Origin: Verrucomicrobiales bacterium
GTDB taxonomy: Bacteria; Verrucomicrobiota; Verrucomicrobiia; Limisphaerales; UBA1100
DNA length: 58,693 nt
NCBI GenBank assembly: GCA_038139415.1
Contig: JAYOSV010000001.1
Location: 35,743-94,435, forward strand
Direction: 5' to 3'
Shown: positions 9,956 to 18,969 of the stretch, piece by piece
Layout: each line of letters opens with the position of its first letter
Numbering within the stretch: the stretch's first letter is position 1
Made by a program: the position numbers and the translations under genes
Notes under the pieces: model-generated
The model's input: the letters and a program-made list of their open reading frames with translations, nothing else
Database searches by the model: none
Told to the model about the DNA's origin: nothing

Positions 9956-10881
9956 TGAACCTTGCCCTCGGTAATATTCATGAAAATGTCTTCCAGATTG
10001 GCCTTCGTCTGGCGGAATTCGATAATACGATGCCCACGCTGAATGATCAGGTTTAACACTTCAAAGGCGTTTTCTTCAGCGCCTTCCACATCAAATTGAA
10101 TCTCATGCCCGGCTTGGCGTGGTTGATCGACGTGCGGCATTTCCAGAAGATCACGAAGTAACGCAGTTGGATCACTTAAGGCGCGCAGAGCGTAAGTGAG
10201 TTTTTCGCGGCGTCGTTCAATTAGGCTGCCGGTTTCGCCGGCATCAAGAATGCGACCTTGCTCAATAATCACAGCGCCATGGCAAATTTCTGTGAGTTCG
10301 GCGAGAATATGGGAACTGATAAAAATGGCTTTACCCTGATTGGCTAAAAGTACGAGCAGTTCACGTAACTCAATACGTGCGCGCGGATCAAGGCCGGCTG
10401 CCGGTTCATCAAGGATTAGAAACTGTGGATCACTCACCAGCGCGCGTGCAAGACTGACGCGTTGTTTCATTCCCTTGGAAAGGGATCGCAGTTGCTTGTC
10501 TCGAATGCCAGCGGTGTTGGTGAATTCCTCAACGCTGAGTACGGCTTGTTCCCGGGCATCCCCGCGGAGACCGTAGGCGCGCGCAAAAAAATCGATATAA
10601 TCATTCACTGTTGTGTCCCAGTACGCGCGTAGTTCGTCGGGTACAAAGCCGATGAGATGACGGGCACGTTCTGGGTCTTCCACCACGGAAAGGTTATCCA
10701 AGCGCACATCGCCGGCGGTGGGTTCATCGAGCGTGGCCATGATGCGCATGGAGGTGGTTTTGCCTGCGCCGTTGGGGCCGACAAAGCCAAAGATCTGGCC
10801 GCTCTCAAATTGAAAGGATACATCATTGACCGCTACGGTTTGGCCGAACTCGCGGCGGAGGTTTTCCACGATGATTTTCAT
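9952..10881 (-). CDS. ABC transporter ATP-binding protein
   Basis: Walker A GPNGAGKT, signature LSKGMKQR, Walker B LILDEP, H-loop SSH. Confidence 0.95.
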   Translation of the reverse strand: MKIIVENLRREFGQTVAVNDVSFQFESGQIFGFVGPNGAGKTTSMRIMATLDEPTAGDVRLDNLSVVEDPERARHLIGFVPDELRAYWDTTVNDYIDFFARAYGLRGDAREQAVLSVEEFTNTAGIRDKQLRSLSKGMKQRVSLARALVSDPQFLILDEPAAGLDPRARIELRELLVLLANQGKAIFISSHILAELTEICHGAVIIEQGRILDAGETGSLIERRREKLTYALRALSDPTALLRDLLEMPHVDQPRQAGHEIQFDVEGAEENAFEVLNLIIQRGHRIIEFRQTKANLEDIFMNITEGKVQ

Positions 10882-12701
10882 GGCGTCATTTCCTCCGGCT
10901 GCAGTACGCCGATCACGTGGCTCAAGGTGGTGTCCTTTGTTTTTCGGTCAGCCAGAGGGTTTTCCAGAAACGGAGAGCCGCGGTCAATGACCGCCCAGTA
11001 AGTGGACTCCGGCATCAAGCCAATGCTGAGGTACTCCCATTCCTTCTCGGCGGAGGATTCCAGCAATGTATTGGCGAATTCGTTGATTGTTGAGCGCTTA
11101 GGAATACCTGCGGTGCTAGGGTTGAGTGTAACTTTTTCGCCGGGCAAAATATCGGTGGCTGTAAAGAAATCGTCGGACGTGCCGCGGAGTGTGAGTTGTT
11201 TGATGGCGGTGCCTAGGCTATTAAGGATTTCCGGCCGGCCGCCTGTCCAGGTGACCACAATTCGTTTCTCGGTGTGCTCACTCGTGCGTATGGAGAAATG
11301 CGTGGGCACGCGCGAGCTGACCCATTTACCGGTTAACAATTGTTCGCCGCCTTCAGTCCACTGAGCCCGCCGGTCTGAGCCAGTATCTCCGGCATTGGGA
11401 TCCAGCAGGGGCGTGACTTCCGAGTGGCCAGAGAATTTCAATTGACTCGGTGCGATCGGTGCATAGATGCCAATGGTGCCGAGCGTGACGGCGTCTTGTT
11501 CGGTTTGGTTCAGAATAGTTATCGCCTCAGTGCGGACGCGGGGGGTGATGCCTTCGCTGAAAAAAGACACCGCAAATACCAATCCACTGGTCACCAGTGA
11601 GATCGCGGGCAGCGTCCAAAGAAACCACGCGCGACGGCCTTTACGGTTCAGCAAAAAGAGATTGATTGGGCCGGCTACCAGCACAAACAAGGTCAGCACG
11701 CCGATCACCAATCGCACCGGTGCCCGGGCACCGCCAATCACCGGAAAGGCGCTGTTAAAATCAGCATCCTCCGAACCGTACCATATTTCATCATTATGGA
11801 TGCGCTCGGTGGCCTTACGCAGTGGGCCGAGCATAGGGATGGTATTTTGGTTGGAATCAGGATCATGCGTGCCCAACAGGGTGACGATGGCATCCCGGCT
11901 TTGATCGGACTCGGCGGCGAAGAGGTTGACCTGGCCAAAGCCCATGTATTGGACCGTGCCCGCCGGATCCATCGGCCAACCGGTGGAGGCTGTGTAGCCT
12001 TCGCCCAGTACGACGAGCTTGCCGCCGGCCGAAACCCAACGATGCAAGGCAGTGCGGGTGGCGCTGCTGGCTAGTTGCCATTCTTCGCCAGAGAGCACGA
12101 TCATGTCGTACCCTGAATATGCGAGCCACTGTTCAGACCACGCGGAGGTTTCCTCGGCGGAAGATTCCAGCTGGGCGTGGTCACTGCCGGTGGTGCCTCC
12201 ATGGAAATGGGAAGGCATGGAAACGGCGTCCAGGGCGTTATCCAGTTCCACATAATCGACCCGGCGGCTAAGCAGTACCACGCGGGGTTGTTGCCAGCCG
12301 GTGTTTTGGATTCCCTCGAGACGGCGGCTCAAGCCGCGCTCGATCACGCGTTCATGGCCGTTGCATTCCACTGAAACATAATCGGACCACGAAAAAGGGA
12401 GAGGCGGTTGCAGGATGGTTACATCCCGTGTTCCGGGGGTGATGATGAACGTGCGGGTGACGGTCTTTAGGGTATGGTCATTATTGCTAGAAAAACTGGG
12501 CAGGGTAAACTTGACGGTTCGTTTGCCGGTGCCGGAATGATGAATGGTGAAACGATGTGCGGTATAACCGTGGTAGAGGGTTCCACGGTTGAGGTGCGCC
12601 TCAATGTGCAGGTTTTCGGTCTTAAATACGGCCGTGCCCGGCGCCGCCCAAAGCGGGAGGGCCAGAAGGCAATACCAGCCGATGGCGCGCAGGCACATCA
12701 T
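10878..12701 (-). CDS. exported/membrane protein with GATase-like (DUF4350-like) domain
   Basis: signal peptide, YSGYDMIVL...LHRWVSAGGKLVV segment, two central TM helices; ATGA overlaps at both ends. Confidence 0.65.
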   Translation of the reverse strand: MMCLRAIGWYCLLALPLWAAPGTAVFKTENLHIEAHLNRGTLYHGYTAHRFTIHHSGTGKRTVKFTLPSFSSNNDHTLKTVTRTFIITPGTRDVTILQPPLPFSWSDYVSVECNGHERVIERGLSRRLEGIQNTGWQQPRVVLLSRRVDYVELDNALDAVSMPSHFHGGTTGSDHAQLESSAEETSAWSEQWLAYSGYDMIVLSGEEWQLASSATRTALHRWVSAGGKLVVLGEGYTASTGWPMDPAGTVQYMGFGQVNLFAAESDQSRDAIVTLLGTHDPDSNQNTIPMLGPLRKATERIHNDEIWYGSEDADFNSAFPVIGGARAPVRLVIGVLTLFVLVAGPINLFLLNRKGRRAWFLWTLPAISLVTSGLVFAVSFFSEGITPRVRTEAITILNQTEQDAVTLGTIGIYAPIAPSQLKFSGHSEVTPLLDPNAGDTGSDRRAQWTEGGEQLLTGKWVSSRVPTHFSIRTSEHTEKRIVVTWTGGRPEILNSLGTAIKQLTLRGTSDDFFTATDILPGEKVTLNPSTAGIPKRSTINEFANTLLESSAEKEWEYLSIGLMPESTYWAVIDRGSPFLENPLADRKTKDTTLSHVIGVLQPEEMTP

Positions 12702-13738
12702 GCGTTTTGCAGGGACACATCGGCCGGCAGCTCGAGGCCGGTTTCGTCCAGTTCCTCCAGTAGATCAGTAAGCACGCGGCTAGCGTCTACTCGGTCGAAA
12801 CGCGCTTGGTAATTAAGGATGAGCCGGTGGTTCATTACCGGCTTGGCCACGGCGGCTACGTCCTCGAAGCCGACGGTGGGGCGGCCATCGAGTAGGGCAT
12901 TGGCACGGGCGGCTTCGCCCATGGCAATGGCCGCTCGAGGCGAGGTGCCGTACTGGACGTACTGTTTCACACTCTCCGGCGCCTTGGCATGATCCGGATG
13001 CGTGGCGGCCACCAGTCGCGCAATATAGCCGGCCACTGGCTTGGGGAGGTAGATGCGTTCCATCACTGTAAAGAGATAATTCAAATCGTCCGCGCTGGCC
13101 TGCCAGTTTGGCGAAGGAAGGTCGCCTTGGCGACGTTCAGTGATAATGCGCTGCAGCACGCCGGCATCCACGGCATCAAACATGACCCGGAAGAGAAAAC
13201 GATCGAGCTGGGCTTCAGGAAGGGGATAGGTGCCTTCCATCTCGATAGGGTTTTGACTGGCGATCACAAAAAAGGGTTGGGGCAATTCGCGGGTTTGACC
13301 GCGTAACGTGACCGAGCGTTCCTGCATGGTTTCCAGCATTGCGCTCTGGGTTTTGGGCGAGGCGCGGTTGATTTCATCAGCCAATAGAATGTTGGTGAAC
13401 ACCGGGCCGGGTTCAAAAATCATTTCGCGTTGGCCGCTTTCGGTTTGCTGAAGAATGTGCGAACCGAGCACGTCGCCGGGCATCAGGTCGGGAGTGAACT
13501 GCACGCGATTGAAATCGAGCTGCAGAATATTGCCGATGGTGCGGACCAGGGCGGTTTTGCCCAAGCCTGGTAGGCCTTCGAGCAGGATATGGCCGCGACT
13601 GAGCAGGCCGGTAAGTACGAGGCGATGGAGTGATTCGCGGCCCAGCAGACAGCGGTCCATTTGTTCGCAGATTTGCCGGGTGATCGCGGTGGCCGGATCC
13701 AGTTCCGCTGGCTTAAGTAGAGCAGGAGAGTCACTCAT
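12698..13738 (-). CDS. moxR: MoxR family AAA+ ATPase
   Basis: GHILLEGLPGLGKT, RVQFTPDLMPGD, LADEINRASPKTQSA, QNPIEMEGTYPLPEAQLDRF. Confidence 0.95.
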   Translation of the reverse strand: MSDSPALLKPAELDPATAITRQICEQMDRCLLGRESLHRLVLTGLLSRGHILLEGLPGLGKTALVRTIGNILQLDFNRVQFTPDLMPGDVLGSHILQQTESGQREMIFEPGPVFTNILLADEINRASPKTQSAMLETMQERSVTLRGQTRELPQPFFVIASQNPIEMEGTYPLPEAQLDRFLFRVMFDAVDAGVLQRIITERRQGDLPSPNWQASADDLNYLFTVMERIYLPKPVAGYIARLVAATHPDHAKAPESVKQYVQYGTSPRAAIAMGEAARANALLDGRPTVGFEDVAAVAKPVMNHRLILNYQARFDRVDASRVLTDLLEELDETGLELPADVSLQNA

Positions 13739-13792
13739 GTGTCGGATGAAATAACCTACCCATCAGCCGGATGGAGCGCACGCAAAAACGGT

Positions 13793-15244
13793 TTATTCAG
13801 GCACGGACGGTGGATTCACGCCGGGCCGGGTGAAGAAGCGTTTCACTGCGGTGCGATGGCGGGGCAGTACGGGAGTCGCCAGCGCGTTGCCGCCGCCGGC
13901 TTGGGCGGTATTGAGGGCGCCTTGGCCGAGGATGGCTTCGCCGCCGGTCACTTCCGGCGCGGTGATGGTCACTCCCGCGAGCTTGGCCTGTTCCAAGGGC
14001 ACGCTGAGTCCGAGTTTTTGTTCCTGAAATTCCGCGCCTTCCTCGGAGGATTCATTGCCGTACAACAATGGCGCATGGCCGGGGCCTCGGTTGGCTTCCC
14101 CGTGCCCGCCCAACTCCGGGCCGAGTTGCTCTAGCAATTCCTGAAAATCGCCGCCGTGCTGTTTCAGCAATTCCGCCAAAGGGCCGGGGTCAAGTCCACC
14201 CAGTTCGCCGGGTTGGAACTGGTCGGCTAGGTTTGGCGGGATGAGCCCTTTCTGGGCCAATTGCCTGGCCAGATCGAGGAGTTGGTCCTGATTGTTTTCC
14301 AGCGCTTCTAAGAGCTGCTTCAGTTGCTCCGCATCCGGGCCCTCGCCTTGACCAAGTTGTTTGAGTGCCTGTTGCATGGCCTTTTGAATTTCGGGCGGCA
14401 GATTGTTGGGGTCTAGTACGCCGTCTTGGTTCAATTGATTCATCAACTGGCCGAGTTGCTTGAGGCCCTCTTCAAACGCCTTTTGGTCTTCCAAACCTTT
14501 GGGCAGCATCTCCAGCGCTTTGCCGAGTAGTGAGGCTTCGTTGAGGGCGTTGAGTTTGGACAAGGCATCCTCGGCTTGTTGCTGGGCGATTTGTTCGTTG
14601 GTGTGCAGCAGTTGATCAAGCGCTTCCCAGGTCTTGGAAGGGTTTAAACCAGAGGCCTGATCGGCGATGCGGTCGAGTTCCTCGCGTTTGTTTTCCGCTT
14701 GTTGCGGGGAGAGGATGTATTCGGATTCGAGCACATCAATCTGCTCATGAAGATCCTCCACTTGCTGGCTGATCTCCAAGGGCGGATCGGCGATAAGGCG
14801 CGCATACTTTACCGGCACGAGCAGTGCCGTAATGAAAAACACCAAGGCCAATATGGTGCCAAGCCATGCGCTGCCGCTGTGCCATTGCACGGAGGGCAGG
14901 GCGAGCGAACCGGACCGGGCTTCCCACGAACGAGTGTCCACCTCGGCGGCGGCCATCACCAAGCCGCCCGCGTGGTTTTGCCGGTCGAATGCAGCTCGTA
15001 ACTGTTTGGGATCTGGTCGGCGTTGGCTTTCGCGATACCATGCTATCGCCACGAGCAAGGCCCACGAGGCCAATAGGTATTTCCACCAGTCTCCCGGCAG
15101 ATCGCTGGTGAACCGAATGCCAAGTACGACTACGCCGGCAATCATCAGCCAGAGTGCGCTCCAGCGGAGCACGGACCGATATATCATCATCGCGTGCACG
15201 CGACGCACAAACGATTGTAATGCCGGATCAATCGTGCTCATCAA
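13793..15244 (-). CDS. membrane-anchored coiled-coil protein (MoxR-cluster associated)
   Basis: three N-terminal TM helices, long Q/L/E-rich helical region, C-terminal P-x-x-R-x-x-V-x-x-F-F motif typical of such clusters. Confidence 0.7.
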   Translation of the reverse strand: MMSTIDPALQSFVRRVHAMMIYRSVLRWSALWLMIAGVVVLGIRFTSDLPGDWWKYLLASWALLVAIAWYRESQRRPDPKQLRAAFDRQNHAGGLVMAAAEVDTRSWEARSGSLALPSVQWHSGSAWLGTILALVFFITALLVPVKYARLIADPPLEISQQVEDLHEQIDVLESEYILSPQQAENKREELDRIADQASGLNPSKTWEALDQLLHTNEQIAQQQAEDALSKLNALNEASLLGKALEMLPKGLEDQKAFEEGLKQLGQLMNQLNQDGVLDPNNLPPEIQKAMQQALKQLGQGEGPDAEQLKQLLEALENNQDQLLDLARQLAQKGLIPPNLADQFQPGELGGLDPGPLAELLKQHGGDFQELLEQLGPELGGHGEANRGPGHAPLLYGNESSEEGAEFQEQKLGLSVPLEQAKLAGVTITAPEVTGGEAILGQGALNTAQAGGGNALATPVLPRHRTAVKRFFTRPGVNPPSVPE

Positions 15245-15251
15245 CTTTGCC

Positions 15252-15279
15252 AGCGTAACGGTTGTTGGCGGGGCGTCAA
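15252..15279 (-). promoter_or_regulatory. sigma70-like promoter heading the MoxR-VWA operon
   Basis: TTGACG-N16-TACGCT, 7 nt before TTG-ATG start. Confidence 0.6.
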
Positions 15280-15289
15280 GTCAGCTTCA

Positions 15290-16561
15290 TTAGGCCAATT
15301 TCCACTCGCCGCGGCCTGGGCGGTCGATGAGGGTGTTGGCTTCGGGATCGCCTTGGAACTGGTATTTCTTGGCGTCCCACTGGAGGTCGCGGCGGAGTTG
15401 GTAGCCATGGTTTGCGAGGCTACAGAGTATGCTGGTGTGGGCGCCGTAGGAGACGTCGGCCACGGGGCGTTTGCGACTGCGGATGCAGTCGATCCAGTTG
15501 CGGCGATGGCTGCGGCCAATGTCCGGCAGGCGCCAGTCCTTTCCGCCGAAGGGGGAATCCACCGCGCTCTTGGGATCGGCGGTGATGCCGCTGCGGTCGA
15601 CGTACAGCGTGCCTTCGTCGCCGTAGAAGACCACGTCGTTGAAGGCGTCCTTGGTGCTTTCGTGAATGATCTCCAGGCCATCGGCGTAGATCATCTTCAG
15701 GCCGCTGGAGCCTTCCTTGGGTGGGATGATTTTGACGGGGCCGGTCTCATCAATGTCCATAGCCCATTTGGCGATGTCGTAATGATGCGCGCCCATGTCG
15801 CTGAGGCCGCCGCCGGCGTATTCGCGGTAGCGCCGCCACTGGGGGAAATGGCGATGAACGTCGGTGGGGCATAGCACGGAGCTAAAGGCGCGCTCGGGTG
15901 CAGGGCCAAGCCACATGTCCCAGTCGATGCCGTCGGGTTTTTTCTCGGGGAGCAAATTACAGGGAAAGCCGGCGGCGCCAACGCCGATCTTGATTTTGCT
16001 GACTTTACCCACGCGGCCGTTGCGGATGCATTCCACGGCCTTGCGGAAGTGACCGCCAAACTCCGTGCGTTGCTGGCTGCCGACCTGATAGACGATGTCG
16101 TGTTTGCGGGCGGCTTTCACGGTCTCCAACGCGGCGCGGATGGTGACGGTGAGGGGTTTCTCGCAGTACACATCCTTCTTGGTCTCGGCGGCCATGATGG
16201 AAGGGATCGCGTGCCAATGATCCGGAGTGCCGATCACCACGGCATCGACGCGTTTGTCAGCGAGGGTTTCGCGGAAATCCTTGGTGGCTTTGCAGGCGTG
16301 GTTGGCGCCGTATTTATCGGCGACACGCTTGAGGCCGTTATCGAGGCGCACTTGGGCGACTTCGGCTAGGCTCACCACGCGGCAATCTTGTTGGCCGAGA
16401 AAAAAGCCAAGATGCCCGCCACTTTGTTTGCCGACTCCGATAAAGCCGATCCCGATGGTGTTACTTGGTTTGTTGGCCCAGGCGTGGCTGGAGATGATGT
16501 TTGGCAACGCAATTGCGGCGCCCGTGGTGGTCTTGAGAAAAGTGCGACGATTCGTTTTCAT
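15290..16561 (-). CDS. Gfo/Idh/MocA family oxidoreductase, Tat-exported
   Basis: MKTNRRTFLK twin-arginine signal, IGFIGVG, TPDHWH, YCEKP, DMGAHHYD. Confidence 0.92.
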   Translation of the reverse strand: MKTNRRTFLKTTTGAAIALPNIISSHAWANKPSNTIGIGFIGVGKQSGGHLGFFLGQQDCRVVSLAEVAQVRLDNGLKRVADKYGANHACKATKDFRETLADKRVDAVVIGTPDHWHAIPSIMAAETKKDVYCEKPLTVTIRAALETVKAARKHDIVYQVGSQQRTEFGGHFRKAVECIRNGRVGKVSKIKIGVGAAGFPCNLLPEKKPDGIDWDMWLGPAPERAFSSVLCPTDVHRHFPQWRRYREYAGGGLSDMGAHHYDIAKWAMDIDETGPVKIIPPKEGSSGLKMIYADGLEIIHESTKDAFNDVVFYGDEGTLYVDRSGITADPKSAVDSPFGGKDWRLPDIGRSHRRNWIDCIRSRKRPVADVSYGAHTSILCSLANHGYQLRRDLQWDAKKYQFQGDPEANTLIDRPGRGEWKLA

Positions 16562-16637
16562 GGAAATCAACCTGCAACAGGTGTGCTGAAAATCCTGATC
16601 GAACCAGAGCACTCTGTAAACCCTGCACTAGGTCGTT

Positions 16638-17936
16638 TTATTCGCCGATGCAATAGAGATGGGTATCGGAACGGAGATACAAGCGATTATTGGCCACAGC
16701 TGGACTAGCGTTGAAAACACTGCGGTCACCGGCAAATTCGTTTTGTGCCAACTGTTTGAATTTAGGTTTGGCTTCAATAATAAATGCACCGGCATTTCGG
16801 CTAATAGAAATAACTTTTCCATTAACAAAAACCGGCGAGGCATAAAATTTCGGTGTACGATTACGACTTGTGAGTCGTTCACGAAACACTTCCTGGCCGG
16901 TCTTGGCATTGAGGCAAACGGCGTAGCCACTGCGATCCATCCAATATAGATGGTTTTCATAATACAATGGGGAGGGTACGTAGGGGGAACGTGTGGCAGA
17001 CCAGAGTTTGTGAGACTCGGAAATGTCTCCTTTACCACCGATCTTGAGGGCCACGCCGCTTTGGCGCGGATAGCCGCCGAAAGCATAAAGTGCACTATTG
17101 CTGGCGATCACGCTTGGAGAAACATTACTGCCTCCTACGTCTGTATAAGCATACCAATTTATGCCGCCTTTCTCTGGATCAAACGCCCAAATCTCATTGG
17201 ACACTGCTAGAACTAGATCGGTACGGTCGCCTGAACGAACCAAGGTTGGTGTGGCGTAGGAGTCCTGATAACCCTCGATGTCGCTGGGAGACCATTTCCA
17301 CGCCACATTGCCGTTTGTTTTATTTAGCGCGAGCATTTGATGCCCTCGGAGTAGATCATTTAGAAACACTTTGCCTTCGTATAAAACGGGACTTGCTGAG
17401 GCTCCCCAGCGTTTGCGGCTGGAGTCAATTCCGGTGGCTGCGCGCCAAATTTCGCGGCCATTAAGGTCAAAGGCAATTAGGCCGGTTTTGCCGAGATAGA
17501 CATAAACTGCTTTGCCATCGGTTGCGGGTGTGGCGGTGGCGTAACCGTGTTCAGGTACTCCCATTCCGCCATATTGATCCTCATTGCCCTGTGCTTTGAT
17601 ATCCTTTTGCCACTGAATCTTACCGGTTTTTGTATCCACACAAACCACGTGGCGCATAAGGCTGCGCAGGTCACCATTGGCTTTACCCACACCGTAACCG
17701 GAGTAGCACGTGAGAAACAGTTGATTACCCCAAATGATTGGACTGGATGCACCGGGTCCGGGTAGTTTTAGCTTCCACTTGAGGTTTTTGGATTCACCCC
17801 AGTTTGTGGGAACTGATTCGTTTTGGGTAATTCCATCGCCGTTTGGCCCACGCCACTGTGGCCAGTTTTTTTGGGCCGCATTACCGGTGATAACTAGTCC
17901 CCATACGAGGAGTGATGGAAGGAGCCAAAGTCTCAT
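16638..17936 (-). CDS. PQQ-binding-like beta-propeller repeat protein (BamB-like)
   Basis: signal peptide, NWPQWRGP, SSPIIWG, repeated SP..GK..W propeller blades. Confidence 0.9.
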   Translation of the reverse strand: MRLWLLPSLLVWGLVITGNAAQKNWPQWRGPNGDGITQNESVPTNWGESKNLKWKLKLPGPGASSPIIWGNQLFLTCYSGYGVGKANGDLRSLMRHVVCVDTKTGKIQWQKDIKAQGNEDQYGGMGVPEHGYATATPATDGKAVYVYLGKTGLIAFDLNGREIWRAATGIDSSRKRWGASASPVLYEGKVFLNDLLRGHQMLALNKTNGNVAWKWSPSDIEGYQDSYATPTLVRSGDRTDLVLAVSNEIWAFDPEKGGINWYAYTDVGGSNVSPSVIASNSALYAFGGYPRQSGVALKIGGKGDISESHKLWSATRSPYVPSPLYYENHLYWMDRSGYAVCLNAKTGQEVFRERLTSRNRTPKFYASPVFVNGKVISISRNAGAFIIEAKPKFKQLAQNEFAGDRSVFNASPAVANNRLYLRSDTHLYCIGE

Positions 17937-17947
17937 CGGTTTGAAGA

Positions 17948-18829
17948 TTACGCTTCGCTTCGTCCCGGGCCTCCTGGCCTTGGGCCGCGCGGGTTGGAAG
18001 GGCCATCCGGTCTGCCTTGGCCTGGTTCTCCTTCGCGGCGGAAGTCATCGCGTCCCCCTTGGCCTGGTCCTTCTGGGCGGCGGAAGTCATCACGTCCTCC
18101 TTGACCCGGTCCTCCTGGGCGGCGGAAGTCACCACGTCCTCCTTGGCCTCGTCCTCCTGGGCGGCGGAAGTCATCGCGTCCCCCCTGGCCCGGTCCTCCT
18201 GGGCGGCGGAAGTCATCGCGTCCCCCTTGGCCCGGTCCTCCTGGGCGGCGGAAGTCATCACGTCCTCCTTGGTTGTCGGACTGACGTGGGTACATCTCAT
18301 CGCGTGTAATTTTCCCGTCCCGATTGCGATCCAGACGAGAGAGGGCCTTGGAGGCATTTTTTAATTCATCAGCTGAAATCACACCATCGCCATCTGCATC
18401 GAGTACTGTTGCCAATGGGTTGCGAGGAGGTTGTCCCCCAGGGCGTCCAGGGAATCCGCCCTGACCGGGGCCACCAAATCCGGGGCGATCCCCTTGGCCC
18501 GGACCACCGGGACGAACGCCTCCGCCAGCCTGACCGGGACCACCGGGACGACCTTGGCCTGGACCGCCTGGGCGACTCTGGCTAGGGCCACCGGCACCGG
18601 GTCGGCCGGGTGCGGTTTGGTTGCCTTGTTGTTTACGGAAAAACTCCTGAATCTGTTCGCGGCTGGGCCGTTCCTCGCTGTCAATTTTTCCGTTGCCGTT
18701 TTTATCGAAATTTTTGAGGAATAATTCCCTGATGTTGGATTGGTCGCCGGGGCGTCCCTGTGCGTGGGAATCCGTGGGTGTGAGTAACAGGCCTCCGAGA
18801 ATGGCAGGCAAAAGGTAGTGAGCTTTCAT
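17948..18829 (-). CDS. exported EF-hand protein with Gly/Pro/Arg-rich repeats
   Basis: signal peptide; EF-hand loops DKNGNGKIDSEE, DADGDGVISADE, DRNRDGKITRDE; low-complexity linkers. Confidence 0.88.
   Translation of the reverse strand: MKAHYLLPAILGGLLLTPTDSHAQGRPGDQSNIRELFLKNFDKNGNGKIDSEERPSREQIQEFFRKQQGNQTAPGRPGAGGPSQSRPGGPGQGRPGGPGQAGGGVRPGGPGQGDRPGFGGPGQGGFPGRPGGQPPRNPLATVLDADGDGVISADELKNASKALSRLDRNRDGKITRDEMYPRQSDNQGGRDDFRRPGGPGQGGRDDFRRPGGPGQGGRDDFRRPGGRGQGGRGDFRRPGGPGQGGRDDFRRPEGPGQGGRDDFRREGEPGQGRPDGPSNPRGPRPGGPGRSEA
18015..18266 (-). repeat. 6 x 42-bp coding tandem repeat (GGRDDFRRPGGPGQ)
   Basis: units begin at 18015, 18057, 18099, 18141, 18183, 18225 on + (ccttggcc.ggtcctcctgggcggcggaagtcatc.cgtcc.). 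Confidence 0.95.
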
Positions 18830-18874
18830 TGTGTGGTAAGAGTGACGCCGCTTGGGCTTGGTGTCTATCGTTTT

Positions 18875-18900
18875 GACGGTTCATTTGAAGTTTGGTTACA
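18875..18900 (-). promoter_or_regulatory. ECF sigma-type promoter for EF-hand / beta-propeller genes
   Basis: TGTAAC-caaacttcaaatgaac(16)-CGTC on minus strand. Confidence 0.7.
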
Positions 18901-18926
18901 TTTTTTAAGGGTTCCTTTCGAGAAAC

Positions 18927-18953
18927 TGTAACTCGATAGAGCATAAGAACGTC
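18927..18953 (+). promoter_or_regulatory. ECF sigma-type promoter for selenoprotein-sulfatase-DUF3500 operon
   Basis: TGTAAC-tcgatagagcataagaa(17)-CGTC, then GAGGG (SD-like) at 18961 and ATG 18970. Confidence 0.7.
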
Positions 18954-18969
18954 CTTTAAAGAGGGTTTT

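Noticed and set aside
18015..18266. Possible CRISPR array
   Set aside because: Contiguous 42-bp units with no unique spacers, in frame within a CDS; no cas genes
17734..18364. Alternative-frame repeat ORFs (17734-18309, 17881-18357, 18017-18364)
   Set aside because: By-products of the stop-free tandem repeat; the EF-hand frame has the signal peptide and motifs
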